Of a stretch of 64,000 bases of DNA, positions 40,127 through 50,074 are shown piece after piece (the stretch's first letter is position 1; every line of letters begins with the position of its first letter). A program made the translations under genes and the position numbers. The notes below the pieces were generated by a model that did not search any database, had not been told where the DNA came from, and worked only from the letters and a program-made list of their open reading frames with translations. The DNA comes from Opitutales bacterium (lineage in GTDB: Bacteria; Verrucomicrobiota; Verrucomicrobiia; Opitutales; PNEW01), in the NCBI GenBank assembly GCA_965197745.1, contig CBDANS010000007.1, forward strand, positions 32,001 to 96,000, written 5' to 3'.

Positions 40127-42970
40127 ATGAACGATTTAAAGAGAATCGGTTGGAATCTCGGATTGGTAGAGTGTGCCATTATACTGACCGTGTTAACGTG
40201 CAGTGTTTATGGCGAACAGACGCAGACCATCACCGCCAATCATGCAGGGCAGATTGAAGAGAAGGATTTCGCTTTCACCCTGCTCAAGAAGGAAGACGCC
40301 TCCGGATATGCGAAGCACCTCATGACCGATCTCCCCCCCAGGTTGCAAAAAAAGCCATTCTCAATTCCGGAAGGAAGTGATGCCGCCGACATCTTTTCTC
40401 ACCCGTTGGTTTCGGTCAACAACATCCCATTCCGAATCCCCAATATCAAAGATGTTCCTGAAACAGGGCTTCTGATTGAGGAACAAAAAGCGCTGGAGAT
40501 CGCCCTTCCCAATACCGCCCGGGAACTCTTTCTTCTCATCTGGTCAACAATCCCGCCTTATGATACTGACGGCGGACCATCCAAGCCGCCTATTGCCCCG
40601 ATTAACCAGAGTGAGCGTTTCACTGCAGAAATCGTGTATGAAGACGGCACTAGTGAACAGGTAATCCCTTTCGATGTAGTAAAGAAGAGTTACGGACTGG
40701 ATAACGGACTCAGGCTCTACGTGCTCCATACCGGCTCCGGGAAGGTGCCGCAACGGCTGGCTTTTCACGACAAGGTGTACAAGTGTTCCTTTGCCGTGGT
40801 GGCGCTTACCTGTAACCAGGAGAAACCCATCTGGCCGGAGCCCGGGCCGGGAGAGACTTTCGCCTGGTATCCGGCAGTTGAGAAGAAGTTTCCCGCAGTC
40901 ACCAGGAAGGTGGAAACGAGAGTCAAAAAGAACAGCGCCAGGGTATCAGACGGAATCATCGCTGCGGAATTGAGTCTTACGGATGGCATGCAATGGAACC
41001 GTCTCGGCTCGCCGGTATACGGAGAGGTGCGGCTCGATAAGTCCTCTGTGTTTGCCGTCAGGCATACAGACAACACAGGTGCATACCACTGGATCGGGTC
41101 GGAAAAGTGGAAAGTGGTGAAGAGAGAATCCTCAGATAAGAGGATTCTTGTTAACCTTGAGTATAAAGAGGGCGCTATAGATCTCCAAGGGTCAGTCAAA
41201 CTAGCCCCGGCTGGAGATGGAAAGATAAAGGTGGGCCTTTCCCTGATGAATAAAGGAACCCAGCCCTTTTTAGGGAGGGTCAGGTTCCCGATCCTGGAAG
41301 GTCTCAGGCTTGGTCCGCTTCAGGATACCTGGTATTTCTTACCGGAAACGGGTCGTGCCATGATCAATAACACCGAGGTTAATATCTATCCATCCCATGG
41401 GGCGGAACACCCGCTCCAAGTGGATTCGTTCTTCAATCCAAGGGAATGGTATACGTTGACTCTGTTGAGCAACGACCTGAAAGGGCAGTTCCACTGGTAC
41501 GATGCGGGCAAGAGCGAAGAGGGAGGCTGGTACCGTCTGGAATACCTTGAGAAATTGCTCAAACCCGGTGCTACCTGGAAGTTTCCTGATTGCATTATCG
41601 CCATTTCGCCCGGTGATTGGCGTGAGAGTTTCCGTTTATACCGGGATTGGGTCAGCACCTGGTACAAGCCGAAGCCTCCAGCTCAGGACTGGTACAGAGA
41701 GTCATTTGTTATCGGGACGTGGTACGTTTATTGTGAACTGGATCGTCTGATTGCCGGAGCCCGGAAGATTCGTGATCTCTTCGGATACTGTGATGCCATG
41801 GTCCTCGCTGGGTGGCATGCCCGGGAGCATAAAGACGATCCTACTCATCATCCTGAGTATAAGGTTTTGACTGGTGGTCGAGGTGGTGACTACTTGCATA
41901 GGCATGAGTACTCCGGCGAATATGATCGGGATGCCCTGTTCCCGGTAGGTGGCGCAGAAAATTTCAGGTCCATCATCAATAAGGCCTACGAGGCCGGCAT
42001 TCCCATCAGCCCCTACACCAACGGTATGCTCATCAACGAGAACGCATACCACTTTGGTGCGAAGCGGTCCGAATGGGGTTTGGGATTTGAGTATAGACCT
42101 GTCGACTACGGGAATATGATGGGATATATTTCCTGCCTTTCCCATAAAGAATGGAAGGACTATATGGTGGACTGTGAAAAGTTCCTTGCTCAAGACCTCG
42201 GCGTCAAAATTATCTACCTGGACCAATTTGGAAAGGGTTCCAGAATATGCCAAAGAAAGGACCACCCACACGAATCACCGGAGCCGCACTTCTACGGTGA
42301 ACGCGAACTGACCAGGAGAATCAGGGCGGCTATCCCGGACGACGTGGTAATCTGTTCAGAGTACCAGCCGGAAGATACCCGATTCCAGTTCCAGAATGCT
42401 TATTACCAGAGTGGAATTCTCAGTGAGTTCACAGGGGGGGTAATCGTCCCCATGAACATGACAAGATTTGCCTTTCCCGATACTAAGTGTTTTAACAATA
42501 TCTACAACTATGTCCTAAAAGACAACAACTGGGAGTTACTCAAGTTCCTTCTTTTCAGCGGAGACTCTTTCTTTATGCCGCGGGGCTATGATCCGGAGGC
42601 ATGGTTTGGGAATGAAGCAACCCGGGAATTCAGGAAGCTGTTTCGAATCCTGCACGAAAATGCGGACGCATTCACCTCATCCGACGTCGATCCCCTCATC
42701 CCCACCTTGATACCGGGGACCTTTGTCAATCGGTTCAGGACAGATGAAAAGGTCGTTTGGACGGTGTTTAATGCCAACTATAAAACGGTCAAAGGAAGAC
42801 TGCTTGAGATCACAGGCACGCCGGGTGACAGGTACGTCGATTTGTGGAACGGCGCCCCGATCACCACCAGCACCGAAGGTGGCACCGCCTCGCTCGTGGT
42901 GGAAATCGGTCCAAGGGATGTAGCCTGCATAGCAGAGGGAGTTGGAAAGGGGTCAGGCCCTGCATTCTGA
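40127..42970 (+). CDS. Large secreted glycoside hydrolase-like protein (DUF6259-like)
   Basis: Signal peptide; GDWRE..YRDW, IYLDQFG, C...HPH, CSE motifs. Confidence 0.65.
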   Translation: MNDLKRIGWNLGLVECAIILTVLTCSVYGEQTQTITANHAGQIEEKDFAFTLLKKEDASGYAKHLMTDLPPRLQKKPFSIPEGSDAADIFSHPLVSVNNIPFRIPNIKDVPETGLLIEEQKALEIALPNTARELFLLIWSTIPPYDTDGGPSKPPIAPINQSERFTAEIVYEDGTSEQVIPFDVVKKSYGLDNGLRLYVLHTGSGKVPQRLAFHDKVYKCSFAVVALTCNQEKPIWPEPGPGETFAWYPAVEKKFPAVTRKVETRVKKNSARVSDGIIAAELSLTDGMQWNRLGSPVYGEVRLDKSSVFAVRHTDNTGAYHWIGSEKWKVVKRESSDKRILVNLEYKEGAIDLQGSVKLAPAGDGKIKVGLSLMNKGTQPFLGRVRFPILEGLRLGPLQDTWYFLPETGRAMINNTEVNIYPSHGAEHPLQVDSFFNPREWYTLTLLSNDLKGQFHWYDAGKSEEGGWYRLEYLEKLLKPGATWKFPDCIIAISPGDWRESFRLYRDWVSTWYKPKPPAQDWYRESFVIGTWYVYCELDRLIAGARKIRDLFGYCDAMVLAGWHAREHKDDPTHHPEYKVLTGGRGGDYLHRHEYSGEYDRDALFPVGGAENFRSIINKAYEAGIPISPYTNGMLINENAYHFGAKRSEWGLGFEYRPVDYGNMMGYISCLSHKEWKDYMVDCEKFLAQDLGVKIIYLDQFGKGSRICQRKDHPHESPEPHFYGERELTRRIRAAIPDDVVICSEYQPEDTRFQFQNAYYQSGILSEFTGGVIVPMNMTRFAFPDTKCFNNIYNYVLKDNNWELLKFLLFSGDSFFMPRGYDPEAWFGNEATREFRKLFRILHENADAFTSSDVDPLIPTLIPGTFVNRFRTDEKVVWTVFNANYKTVKGRLLEITGTPGDRYVDLWNGAPITTSTEGGTASLVVEIGPRDVACIAEGVGKGSGPAF

Positions 42971-43042
42971 CATACGATTAAAAATGTCAGTTCCGAGTCT
43001 CACAGTCACGGGACGACATTTCCCAATGCAGAGCCTAACCCC
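42949..43042. repeat. REPIN/MITE-like element (GGGGTCAGG...CCTAACCCC)
   Basis: 18-bp inverted repeat, 16/18 match; left arm forms the last codons of the upstream gene. Confidence 0.7.
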
Positions 43043-43055
43043 TTTTGGATACTCT

Positions 43056-43160
43056 CGCACGTCTTCAGGCGGATAGGTGTAGCGCTGTGGTAAGGTCAGC
43101 CAGGAGTCCCGGGGTTTATTGCTGAACCGCACCGCGGCGTCCGGGCGTTCACTAACCTCG
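43056..43160 (-). repeat. 105-bp duplicate of the 3' end of the 45042-46259 gene (45064-45168)
   Basis: Direct repeat with 4 mismatches. Confidence 0.9.
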
Positions 43161-43198
43161 GGCCGCTCTTGGCAACTTGTCGCAGTAATGGGTAAGTT

Positions 43199-44638
43199 TT
43201 ATCCGGAATTGCTGGAGAACTTTTCTCTTTTAAAACAGAGCGCGATCAAAGCGATAATCCAGACAACGAGCATGACAAAGAGAATAGGACCTATCACAAG
43301 CAGGTCGCTTCGAATTGGTGCAACCACGTTAGGCAGCCAAAAGAGCTGCAGACAGGTTTCATAGATTCCATAAATCGTCCATAGAATAACCGGTGACCAT
43401 AACATCCAACGGAGAATTCGATACTTACTCCTGCGACCTTCCCGGAGAGAAAGAGGAAGAAGAATAACGGGAACAATAAATACCAGCCCTGGAATGGATA
43501 TGAGAAGTGCAAGCGAGCTATATATAACATCGAGTAGCATCGCTTTGGATCGAAAGAAGCGAGTTGATTGTAATGCCCGAGGAGTACCAATCTTGACCAG
43601 GGCTTCGGCAGAGATTTTTTGCAAGTAGGAATGCTCAGGTCCATCCTTGATTTCAATCAGGTGGGGAACTGCCTCGTGTGCGTCAGGTCCAATTTTCCCC
43701 AGAGCTTCAATGGAATGAATCTGTAGCGTCAGGTCTTCAAGTCTCTTAATAAGTTCTGGTACCGTATCTTTTGCGCTGCTCCCCATCTCACCTAGTGCAT
43801 ACACGGCATACATACGACGAATCGCATCTTCATTTGAGTGTTCGATTATGCTCAATAGGGCAGGGATAGCCTTTGGCCCAATGTTTCCTAGAGCGCTGGC
43901 ATATATGTGTGGCCGCTTATCTTTATCTGATAACTTCTCAATGAGTGCAGGAATAGCAGCTTCGGCGTCTGCTCCGATTTCTCCAAGTGTCTTTGCCACG
44001 CCCTCACGAATCCTGAAGTTTTCAGTTTCAAGAGCGGTAATGAGATATGGCACTGCCTGAGGACCAATGTTTGCAATCGCCTGAGCAATTTGGCCGGGGT
44101 AAACATGGTACTCCTGTGGGTCATCCAATGCTTGAACCAATTGAGGGAGCGCATCTATCGCTGCTGGTCCAATTTTTCCCAGGGCCAAAGCCCTCGCCCG
44201 ACGTACAGGGTACCCCTTGTTTCCGAGTAACTGAGTTAACTCAGGAACGGCCGGGGCTGCAGCGGGTCCCAACTCACCGAGAGCTTCTGCAATATAGTAT
44301 TTCTCATTTCTCTTACTGAGAATCTCACGCAAGAGTGGAACACTTACGCTATCCGGGCCAATTGCAATCACCGCCCTCGCAGCTAATTCGCCAACCGAGT
44401 CATCACCTTTGCGATCGAGGATTTTCGTTAGGACCGGAATAGCTTGACGCGCTTGAGGTCCGAGTTCAGTGAGCTTCTTCACCGCCGCTCTTCGTTTACT
44501 ATACTCGGCACCCCAAGCCTGTTTCGAGAGTCTTTGGACCTCATCATCGTCTGCATCTACGGTTCCGGTAATAGCCGAGCTGATCAGCACCATCAAGATG
44601 CCAATCCCTATCCATTTATGTCGATTCTTGAGAGCCAT
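43199..44638 (-). CDS. HEAT/PBS-lyase repeat protein with N-terminal signal and C-terminal TM helices
   Basis: Repeated ALG.IGP.A..AVP.L units. Confidence 0.88.
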   Translation of the reverse strand: MALKNRHKWIGIGILMVLISSAITGTVDADDDEVQRLSKQAWGAEYSKRRAAVKKLTELGPQARQAIPVLTKILDRKGDDSVGELAARAVIAIGPDSVSVPLLREILSKRNEKYYIAEALGELGPAAAPAVPELTQLLGNKGYPVRRARALALGKIGPAAIDALPQLVQALDDPQEYHVYPGQIAQAIANIGPQAVPYLITALETENFRIREGVAKTLGEIGADAEAAIPALIEKLSDKDKRPHIYASALGNIGPKAIPALLSIIEHSNEDAIRRMYAVYALGEMGSSAKDTVPELIKRLEDLTLQIHSIEALGKIGPDAHEAVPHLIEIKDGPEHSYLQKISAEALVKIGTPRALQSTRFFRSKAMLLDVIYSSLALLISIPGLVFIVPVILLPLSLREGRRSKYRILRWMLWSPVILWTIYGIYETCLQLFWLPNVVAPIRSDLLVIGPILFVMLVVWIIALIALCFKREKFSSNSG

Positions 44639-45041
44639 TTTCTAATATTGATGTTATCGGAAAGAAAGCTGGAAAGTAGGCAAAGGGGTCATCATTAATA
44701 TATGAATTTAATAAGCTAGAAGGGTGCCAAGACTATTGATATTATTATAAGTATTGGATAACCAGTAACATACAGTATTTCATAAACTTTCTTTTATATG
44801 GGGATTAAAAGTATATGCACACAAATTGTCAGAGTCTTTACATTTTATGTGCATAACCTGAATTAGATTAACCTACAAAACTTACTCTATCTCAACCTTA
44901 CAAAACGCTCATAAAAATCTCGTCAGCGAGCTTCAGCACTCACCAGCACTGAGATGGGGCTGGTAGTAGGCAAAGAGTTCATCCTTCATATTTTAAGATA
45001 GGGCAGATGACCCCTTTTAATCTCGAACGGCAGACAGATGA

Positions 45042-46259
45042 TCACTCCTGCGAGAATTCTGTGCGCACGTCTTCAGGCGGATAGGTGTAGCGCTGTGGCG
45101 AGGTCAGCCAGGAGTCCCGGGGTTCATTGCTGAATCGCACCGCGGCGTCCGGGCGTTCACTAACCTCGCGCCGGAGTCGCGTGCCCAGTCCCGGCCCTTC
45201 GGGTGCCATCAGAAAACCGTCTATGACCTCAAACATGGGCTCCACGAATTCGTTGTACCAGCCGCGGGCCATCGCCCGGTTGTACTCCATGATCATCACG
45301 TTTGACTGCGACACGCAGATGTGGGCGCAGGCGAACATATTCACGGGGCCGACGCAATCGTGAGGGGCGATCGGGAGCTGGTGCGTCGACGCCAGGATTG
45401 CGATCTTTCGGGTCTCAGAAATGCCGCCGGTCCACGTCAGGTCCGGCATGACGATGCGTGCCGCGCCTGACTCGATGAAACGGCGGTGCTGGTAGCGAGT
45501 CATCAGGCGTTCTGCCACGGCTATCGGCATATTTGTCTCTCGCTGAAGCCGCAAATGCGCGTCTTCGTTCAGCGGTGAAATCAGCTCCTCGTGCCACATT
45601 GGCTTAAGAGGTTCCATTTCCTTTACGATTCGAATCGCATTAGGCAGGTTCCACTTGCCATGCCCGTCGTTGGCAATCTGGATGTCCATCCCCAGCGCAT
45701 CTCTGATTTCTCGAACCGGCTTTAGCGCCCGATCGAGGTCTTCCTTGAATAAGAGTTGGCCATCTGATGTGCGAGCGATGAAATCGGTCGGCGACATCTT
45801 CATTCCTTTGATGCCCTCGTCCAGCAGGTTCTTCGCCACACCGACCGGGTCAAGCCAGACGTCGTGGCCGTCGGTAATGTCGCCATATACACCGAGTGTG
45901 TTGTAGACCCGAATCCGTTGATGAGTGACTCCACCGAGCAACTCGTAGATTGGCAGTTTCAGCGCCTGTCCTTTAATGTCCCAAAGGGCGATGTCCAGCG
46001 CCGATATCGCTCGCATCTCTGCGCCTCCGTAGCCCGCGTGGTCTGATAGTCGGAACATCGTTTGCCAGTGGCCTTCGACCTCGTGAGGGTCTTTGTCAAT
46101 GAGCAGGGGACCGAAGTAATCGTGGATAGCTGCTTCGACGGTCGTAGCGGCATACCAAGTCTCGCCAAGCCCAATTATCCCGGCATCGGTGTGAACCTGG
46201 ACCCAGATGACGTTCGGGAACCGGGCAACGCGGATGGTTTCGATCTGTGTGATCTTCAT
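45042..46259 (-). CDS. Mandelate racemase/muconate lactonizing enzyme family protein
   Basis: GLGET, AISALDIALWDIKG, NDGH, ERL, PHDC. Confidence 0.92.
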   Translation of the reverse strand: MKITQIETIRVARFPNVIWVQVHTDAGIIGLGETWYAATTVEAAIHDYFGPLLIDKDPHEVEGHWQTMFRLSDHAGYGGAEMRAISALDIALWDIKGQALKLPIYELLGGVTHQRIRVYNTLGVYGDITDGHDVWLDPVGVAKNLLDEGIKGMKMSPTDFIARTSDGQLLFKEDLDRALKPVREIRDALGMDIQIANDGHGKWNLPNAIRIVKEMEPLKPMWHEELISPLNEDAHLRLQRETNMPIAVAERLMTRYQHRRFIESGAARIVMPDLTWTGGISETRKIAILASTHQLPIAPHDCVGPVNMFACAHICVSQSNVMIMEYNRAMARGWYNEFVEPMFEVIDGFLMAPEGPGLGTRLRREVSERPDAAVRFSNEPRDSWLTSPQRYTYPPEDVRTEFSQE

Positions 46260-47539
46260 GATTGATCACTATCGGACTCGATAATCTGCTGCTTGCGATA
46301 GCGCCAGATATCATGGACCTCGGCCGCCATTTCTTCCGACCACCCATCAGGTGTAGTATAGGCACCCGCTTTAAAGCGCAGCTCTTCGCTGTAGCACTCC
46401 AAATTCTCGTCAGGAAGGCCGACTCGGACGTCCTCGTCACTCATTTTTACGGTGACGTCGGAGCGCTCGAACACCTGCGCTTTAAGGCGGGTGCCTATAC
46501 CGGGTTCCTGGGGGGCATGAAGCCAGCCCTGTTCTATTGGCAGATTAGGTTCAACGAAGTCACTGTACCAACCATGGAAGAAGGGACGGACGTGTTCCAT
46601 GATCATGGCATTTGGAATGCTCATACAGATCTGGGCGCAGGCAAAGATATTCACTGGTCCTGTTGCATCATGAGGTGCCACCGGGACCTGGTGAGCGGAA
46701 GCCATCACGGCAATTTTGTAAACTTCGGATATTCCGCCGGTCCAGATCAGATCAGGCATGACGATTCTGGCGGCACCATTTTCAATGAACTCCCGGAATT
46801 GCCAGCGGCTGAGTAAGCGCTCCGAGATGCAGACAGGTGCTGACGTTGCTTCCTGCAGGCGCAGCAGGGCAGAGGGATTCATCAGTGGCATCAGGTCTTC
46901 CTGCCACATGATGTCGTAAGGCTCCATCGCCTCCGCAATCTGAATCGCCTGTGGCAATGCCCATTTGCCGTGTCCGTCATTGGCAATCATAATGTCATCG
47001 CCTACGGCATCGCGAATATCGCGGATCGGCTTGAGGGCGAAGTCCAGGTCTTTCGGGTGAAGAAGCTGACCGTCTGTGGGGGTTGCGATTGTAATCGTAG
47101 GTCCATGCTTCATGGCGATGATACCGTCGTCGATGAGCTCTTTAGCCAGGTCACCTGCTCCATTGAAAGGACCACCCGTAGCATAGACACGAATTTTCTT
47201 TCGGACGGCACCCCCCAACAGCTCGTATATCGGCACTCCGGCGTGCTGGCCCTTGATATCCCAGAGGGCCATGTCGATTGCCGAAATCGCCCGCATCTCT
47301 GCGCCGCCGTACCCGGCATGGTCTGACAGTTTGAACATGTCAGTCCAGTGCCGTTCCGTGGCAAGCGGATCGCGGCCCACGAGCATGCAACCAAAGTGGT
47401 CGTGAACTGCGCTTTCTATGGTGCTTGCTGCGTAAAAGCTTTCGCCAAGGCCGATCAAGCCAGTATCGGTGTGAACCCGAACCCAGATGATATGAGGCAG
47501 CTCGCTGACGCGCACAGTTTCAAATTTTGTTATCCGCAT
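46256..47539 (-). CDS. Mandelate racemase/muconate lactonizing enzyme family protein (paralog of neighbour)
   Basis: Same motifs; shares LSDHAGYGGAEMRAISA with the neighbouring gene. Confidence 0.92.
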   Translation of the reverse strand: MRITKFETVRVSELPHIIWVRVHTDTGLIGLGESFYAASTIESAVHDHFGCMLVGRDPLATERHWTDMFKLSDHAGYGGAEMRAISAIDMALWDIKGQHAGVPIYELLGGAVRKKIRVYATGGPFNGAGDLAKELIDDGIIAMKHGPTITIATPTDGQLLHPKDLDFALKPIRDIRDAVGDDIMIANDGHGKWALPQAIQIAEAMEPYDIMWQEDLMPLMNPSALLRLQEATSAPVCISERLLSRWQFREFIENGAARIVMPDLIWTGGISEVYKIAVMASAHQVPVAPHDATGPVNIFACAQICMSIPNAMIMEHVRPFFHGWYSDFVEPNLPIEQGWLHAPQEPGIGTRLKAQVFERSDVTVKMSDEDVRVGLPDENLECYSEELRFKAGAYTTPDGWSEEMAAEVHDIWRYRKQQIIESDSDQS

Positions 47540-47638
47540 TTTTTTTTGTCATAAAATTAACTATACTTTTATATATCATAATACACCTCTTTAGAGTAAT
47601 TATAACTATTGATGACCCCTTTGAATTACTCTTTATTT

Positions 47639-48988
47639 TCAGTTTGTATAGGGGACTGTTCCGCTCTCGTCAATGGGGTACCCCCACTTCTCGATGTAAG
47701 CCTTCCCTGGTAAGAACTGATCCATCTGCTCGTCGAGTTTCTTCTGGAGTGCTTCATCCAGTTCGGCTCGGATTTTAACGGAACTGGGATCATGAGCGAG
47801 GTTTAGTAATTGGAACGGATCAGAATCATTATCATAGAGCAGCCACGGACCATTGAGATCACGCACATAGGTGTAGCGCTTTGTGCGAAGCCCGCGGTAC
47901 TCCTTTCCTCCATGTTGTTCAACAGTCCATTCGCCAAAAGTGTGTGGACACGTGAGAAGCGCCGCTCCGTCTGTGGGGTCGATTCCTCCCAATATATGGT
48001 CGGAGAAATCCAGTCCCTCAACCTGGTCGGGAATAGGCAAGGCGCACAAGCTAAGAAGAGTTGGCATGATATCCTGTGCGTCAATCAGGGCGTCGGTTTC
48101 CCGCGGCTGCCAACCTGGAAGGTTTGGGTACTTGAAGAGAAAGGGCACTCGGATGGATTCTTCCCAGGGCCGTTGTTTCCTGATCTGGCCATGGGAACCG
48201 AGCATATCGCCGTGGTCAGATGTGAAGATGACAATCGTGTCTTCAGAAAGGCCACATTCTTCGATAGTGTTCAGAATCCTTCCCATACAGGTATCCAGCG
48301 CTGAGCAGTGAGCGTAGTATCCCGCCAGCCACTCTCGCGCCTGGGGTGCAAGGGTGTCAGGGACATTAGGGCGCAACTGGATCTTATCGGTCTCATAGAG
48401 TCTTCGATATTCTTCTGGTGCTGTCTCGTAGGGATTGTGAGGGGGCCCCCAGGAGAGCATAAGGAAGAAAGGTTTCTTTCCTGTGTGAGAGCGGATGTAC
48501 GATTCCGCATCATGCGTCTGTGCTATAGTGTCGTAGCCATCCCATTCGTGCTTTTCGTCTGAATTACCCGCATAGTAAGAAGAATGATTGTAATCGTGTG
48601 TACACTCGAGCACTTTCCAATAATCAAATCCAAGGCGTCGTTGTGGCGGAATGTACTTGGATCGACCGTGCCCACCCACATGCCATTTACCAATGTAGGC
48701 AGTATCGTATCCCCCACCGGAGAATGACTCGGCAATGCTCGTAGTGTTGATCTGAAGATGAACGTCATTCACGAATATGCCGTGTGTCAACGGGCGCAGA
48801 CCGGTTAATAGACTGGCTCGGTATGGCGAACAAACCGGACATCCGGAAACGGCATTCGTGAAGTTCAAACTATCCGCAGCGAAGGCATCAAGATTCGGTG
48901 TCTTGACGTTCGGATCACCGGCATATCCGGTTGCTTGTTGTCTCCACTGATCACCGAAGACAAACACTATGTTTGGTTTTTTATTCAT
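47639..48988 (-). CDS. Sulfatase
   Basis: CSPYRASLLTG, GKWH, SDHG. Confidence 0.93.
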   Translation of the reverse strand: MNKKPNIVFVFGDQWRQQATGYAGDPNVKTPNLDAFAADSLNFTNAVSGCPVCSPYRASLLTGLRPLTHGIFVNDVHLQINTTSIAESFSGGGYDTAYIGKWHVGGHGRSKYIPPQRRLGFDYWKVLECTHDYNHSSYYAGNSDEKHEWDGYDTIAQTHDAESYIRSHTGKKPFFLMLSWGPPHNPYETAPEEYRRLYETDKIQLRPNVPDTLAPQAREWLAGYYAHCSALDTCMGRILNTIEECGLSEDTIVIFTSDHGDMLGSHGQIRKQRPWEESIRVPFLFKYPNLPGWQPRETDALIDAQDIMPTLLSLCALPIPDQVEGLDFSDHILGGIDPTDGAALLTCPHTFGEWTVEQHGGKEYRGLRTKRYTYVRDLNGPWLLYDNDSDPFQLLNLAHDPSSVKIRAELDEALQKKLDEQMDQFLPGKAYIEKWGYPIDESGTVPYTN

Positions 48989-49001
48989 TCTGCCTTCTGC
49001 G

Positions 49002-49056
49002 AACAAGTGGTTCTAAAGTTCTGGATATTTGCTATGGGAATATTGTTGTCAATGCA
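49002..49056 (-). other. attI-like element, family 1
   Basis: Plus strand aacaagtggttctaaagttctggatatttgctatgggaatattgttgtcaatgc; core GTTCGCA just upstream of the sulfatase ATG. Confidence 0.7.
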
Positions 49057-49097
49057 GGGGGGGGGCAGGGTGATGTCGATCTTTTTACTTCACCCAA

Positions 49098-49760
49098 TCA
49101 GATTCTCCGCAAGGCATCACTCAAGTCTAATTCGCGAAATGTTTGACACAGGGTACCGGTGGCCATTCGTTCCTGCCATCGTCCGCGTTGCTCCCGCACT
49201 GCATCGTCGGCAGGTATGGAGTCGAGAACGGCTATTGCAAAGTCGCGGAGTAGATGACTCTGACACTCTATGACAAGATCGGATGACGCCGTAGTACCGG
49301 TTTCGGAGTATGCAAAGCAGCGCTTGACATTGCGTCTGGCGCTTTCCCATTCAACGGGTGCAATCGTTATCTCGCCTACGTCGTTGTCTGGAACCAGTAG
49401 GACGGTCACACCCCGACCGGTAATGGCCTCTACTGTCTGCTGTGCATCGGGGGGAACATGGACATTCTTATGGTAAGGCCAGATATCAAACATGCCATAG
49501 TCGGCACACGGGCTTACACGCTGAAAGGTGAAGAAATCCGGGTAGGCAAAGAACTCCGATCCTCGCTCGCGATAGCGATCATAGAATGCCGTCACATATG
49601 ACATGATAAGGGTGATGGCGCCAATGCCCTCGAGTCGATGGGGAATGACGATGCCGACACGATCCGTATCCCGAACCGACGAAAAAAAATCAACATGCGG
49701 GATGGCCTTTCCACGCCACGCGATCTTGAAATCTGTGCCTCGGATGCTGCTGCTGTGCAT
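49098..49760 (-). CDS. Hypothetical protein
   Basis: 220-aa ORF directly after an attI-like site. Confidence 0.7.
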   Translation of the reverse strand: MHSSSIRGTDFKIAWRGKAIPHVDFFSSVRDTDRVGIVIPHRLEGIGAITLIMSYVTAFYDRYRERGSEFFAYPDFFTFQRVSPCADYGMFDIWPYHKNVHVPPDAQQTVEAITGRGVTVLLVPDNDVGEITIAPVEWESARRNVKRCFAYSETGTTASSDLVIECQSHLLRDFAIAVLDSIPADDAVREQRGRWQERMATGTLCQTFRELDLSDALRRI

Positions 49761-49769
49761 GGTATGTCA

Positions 49770-49798
49770 AATAAGTGATCCTAATGTTCTGTATATTC
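49770..49798 (-). other. attI-like element, family 1 (truncated next to REPIN-like element)
   Basis: Plus strand aataagtgatcctaatgttctgtatattc. Confidence 0.62.
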
Positions 49799-49811
49799 AA
49801 GAGTATTAGCA

Positions 49812-50003
49812 GGGGTCATCCTTCATATTTTAATATTTTAAATTTTGGTAGGAAGGATGATTCTACATTCGCTCGACGATAAATGCGACGAATGTTTTTT
49901 GCTAATACTGTCATGACTCACTTTGAAAAAATTAAATGGTGTGCCCTGTTCTTTCGATTCAAAGAAATTGCTATTCATATATTAAAATATGGAGGATGAC
50001 CCC
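49812..50003. repeat. REPIN/MITE-like element with 24-bp inverted repeats
   Basis: GGGGTCATCCTTCATATTTTAATA ... TATTAAAATATGGAGGATGACCCC (23/24); related arms at ~44684, 44974-45015, 47606-47619. Confidence 0.8.
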
Positions 50004-50074
50004 CTTTTGATTTCGATATGAGTTTACCAACCATGATGGAATATTAGTCATCGATTCACCGCCATGTCGCACTC

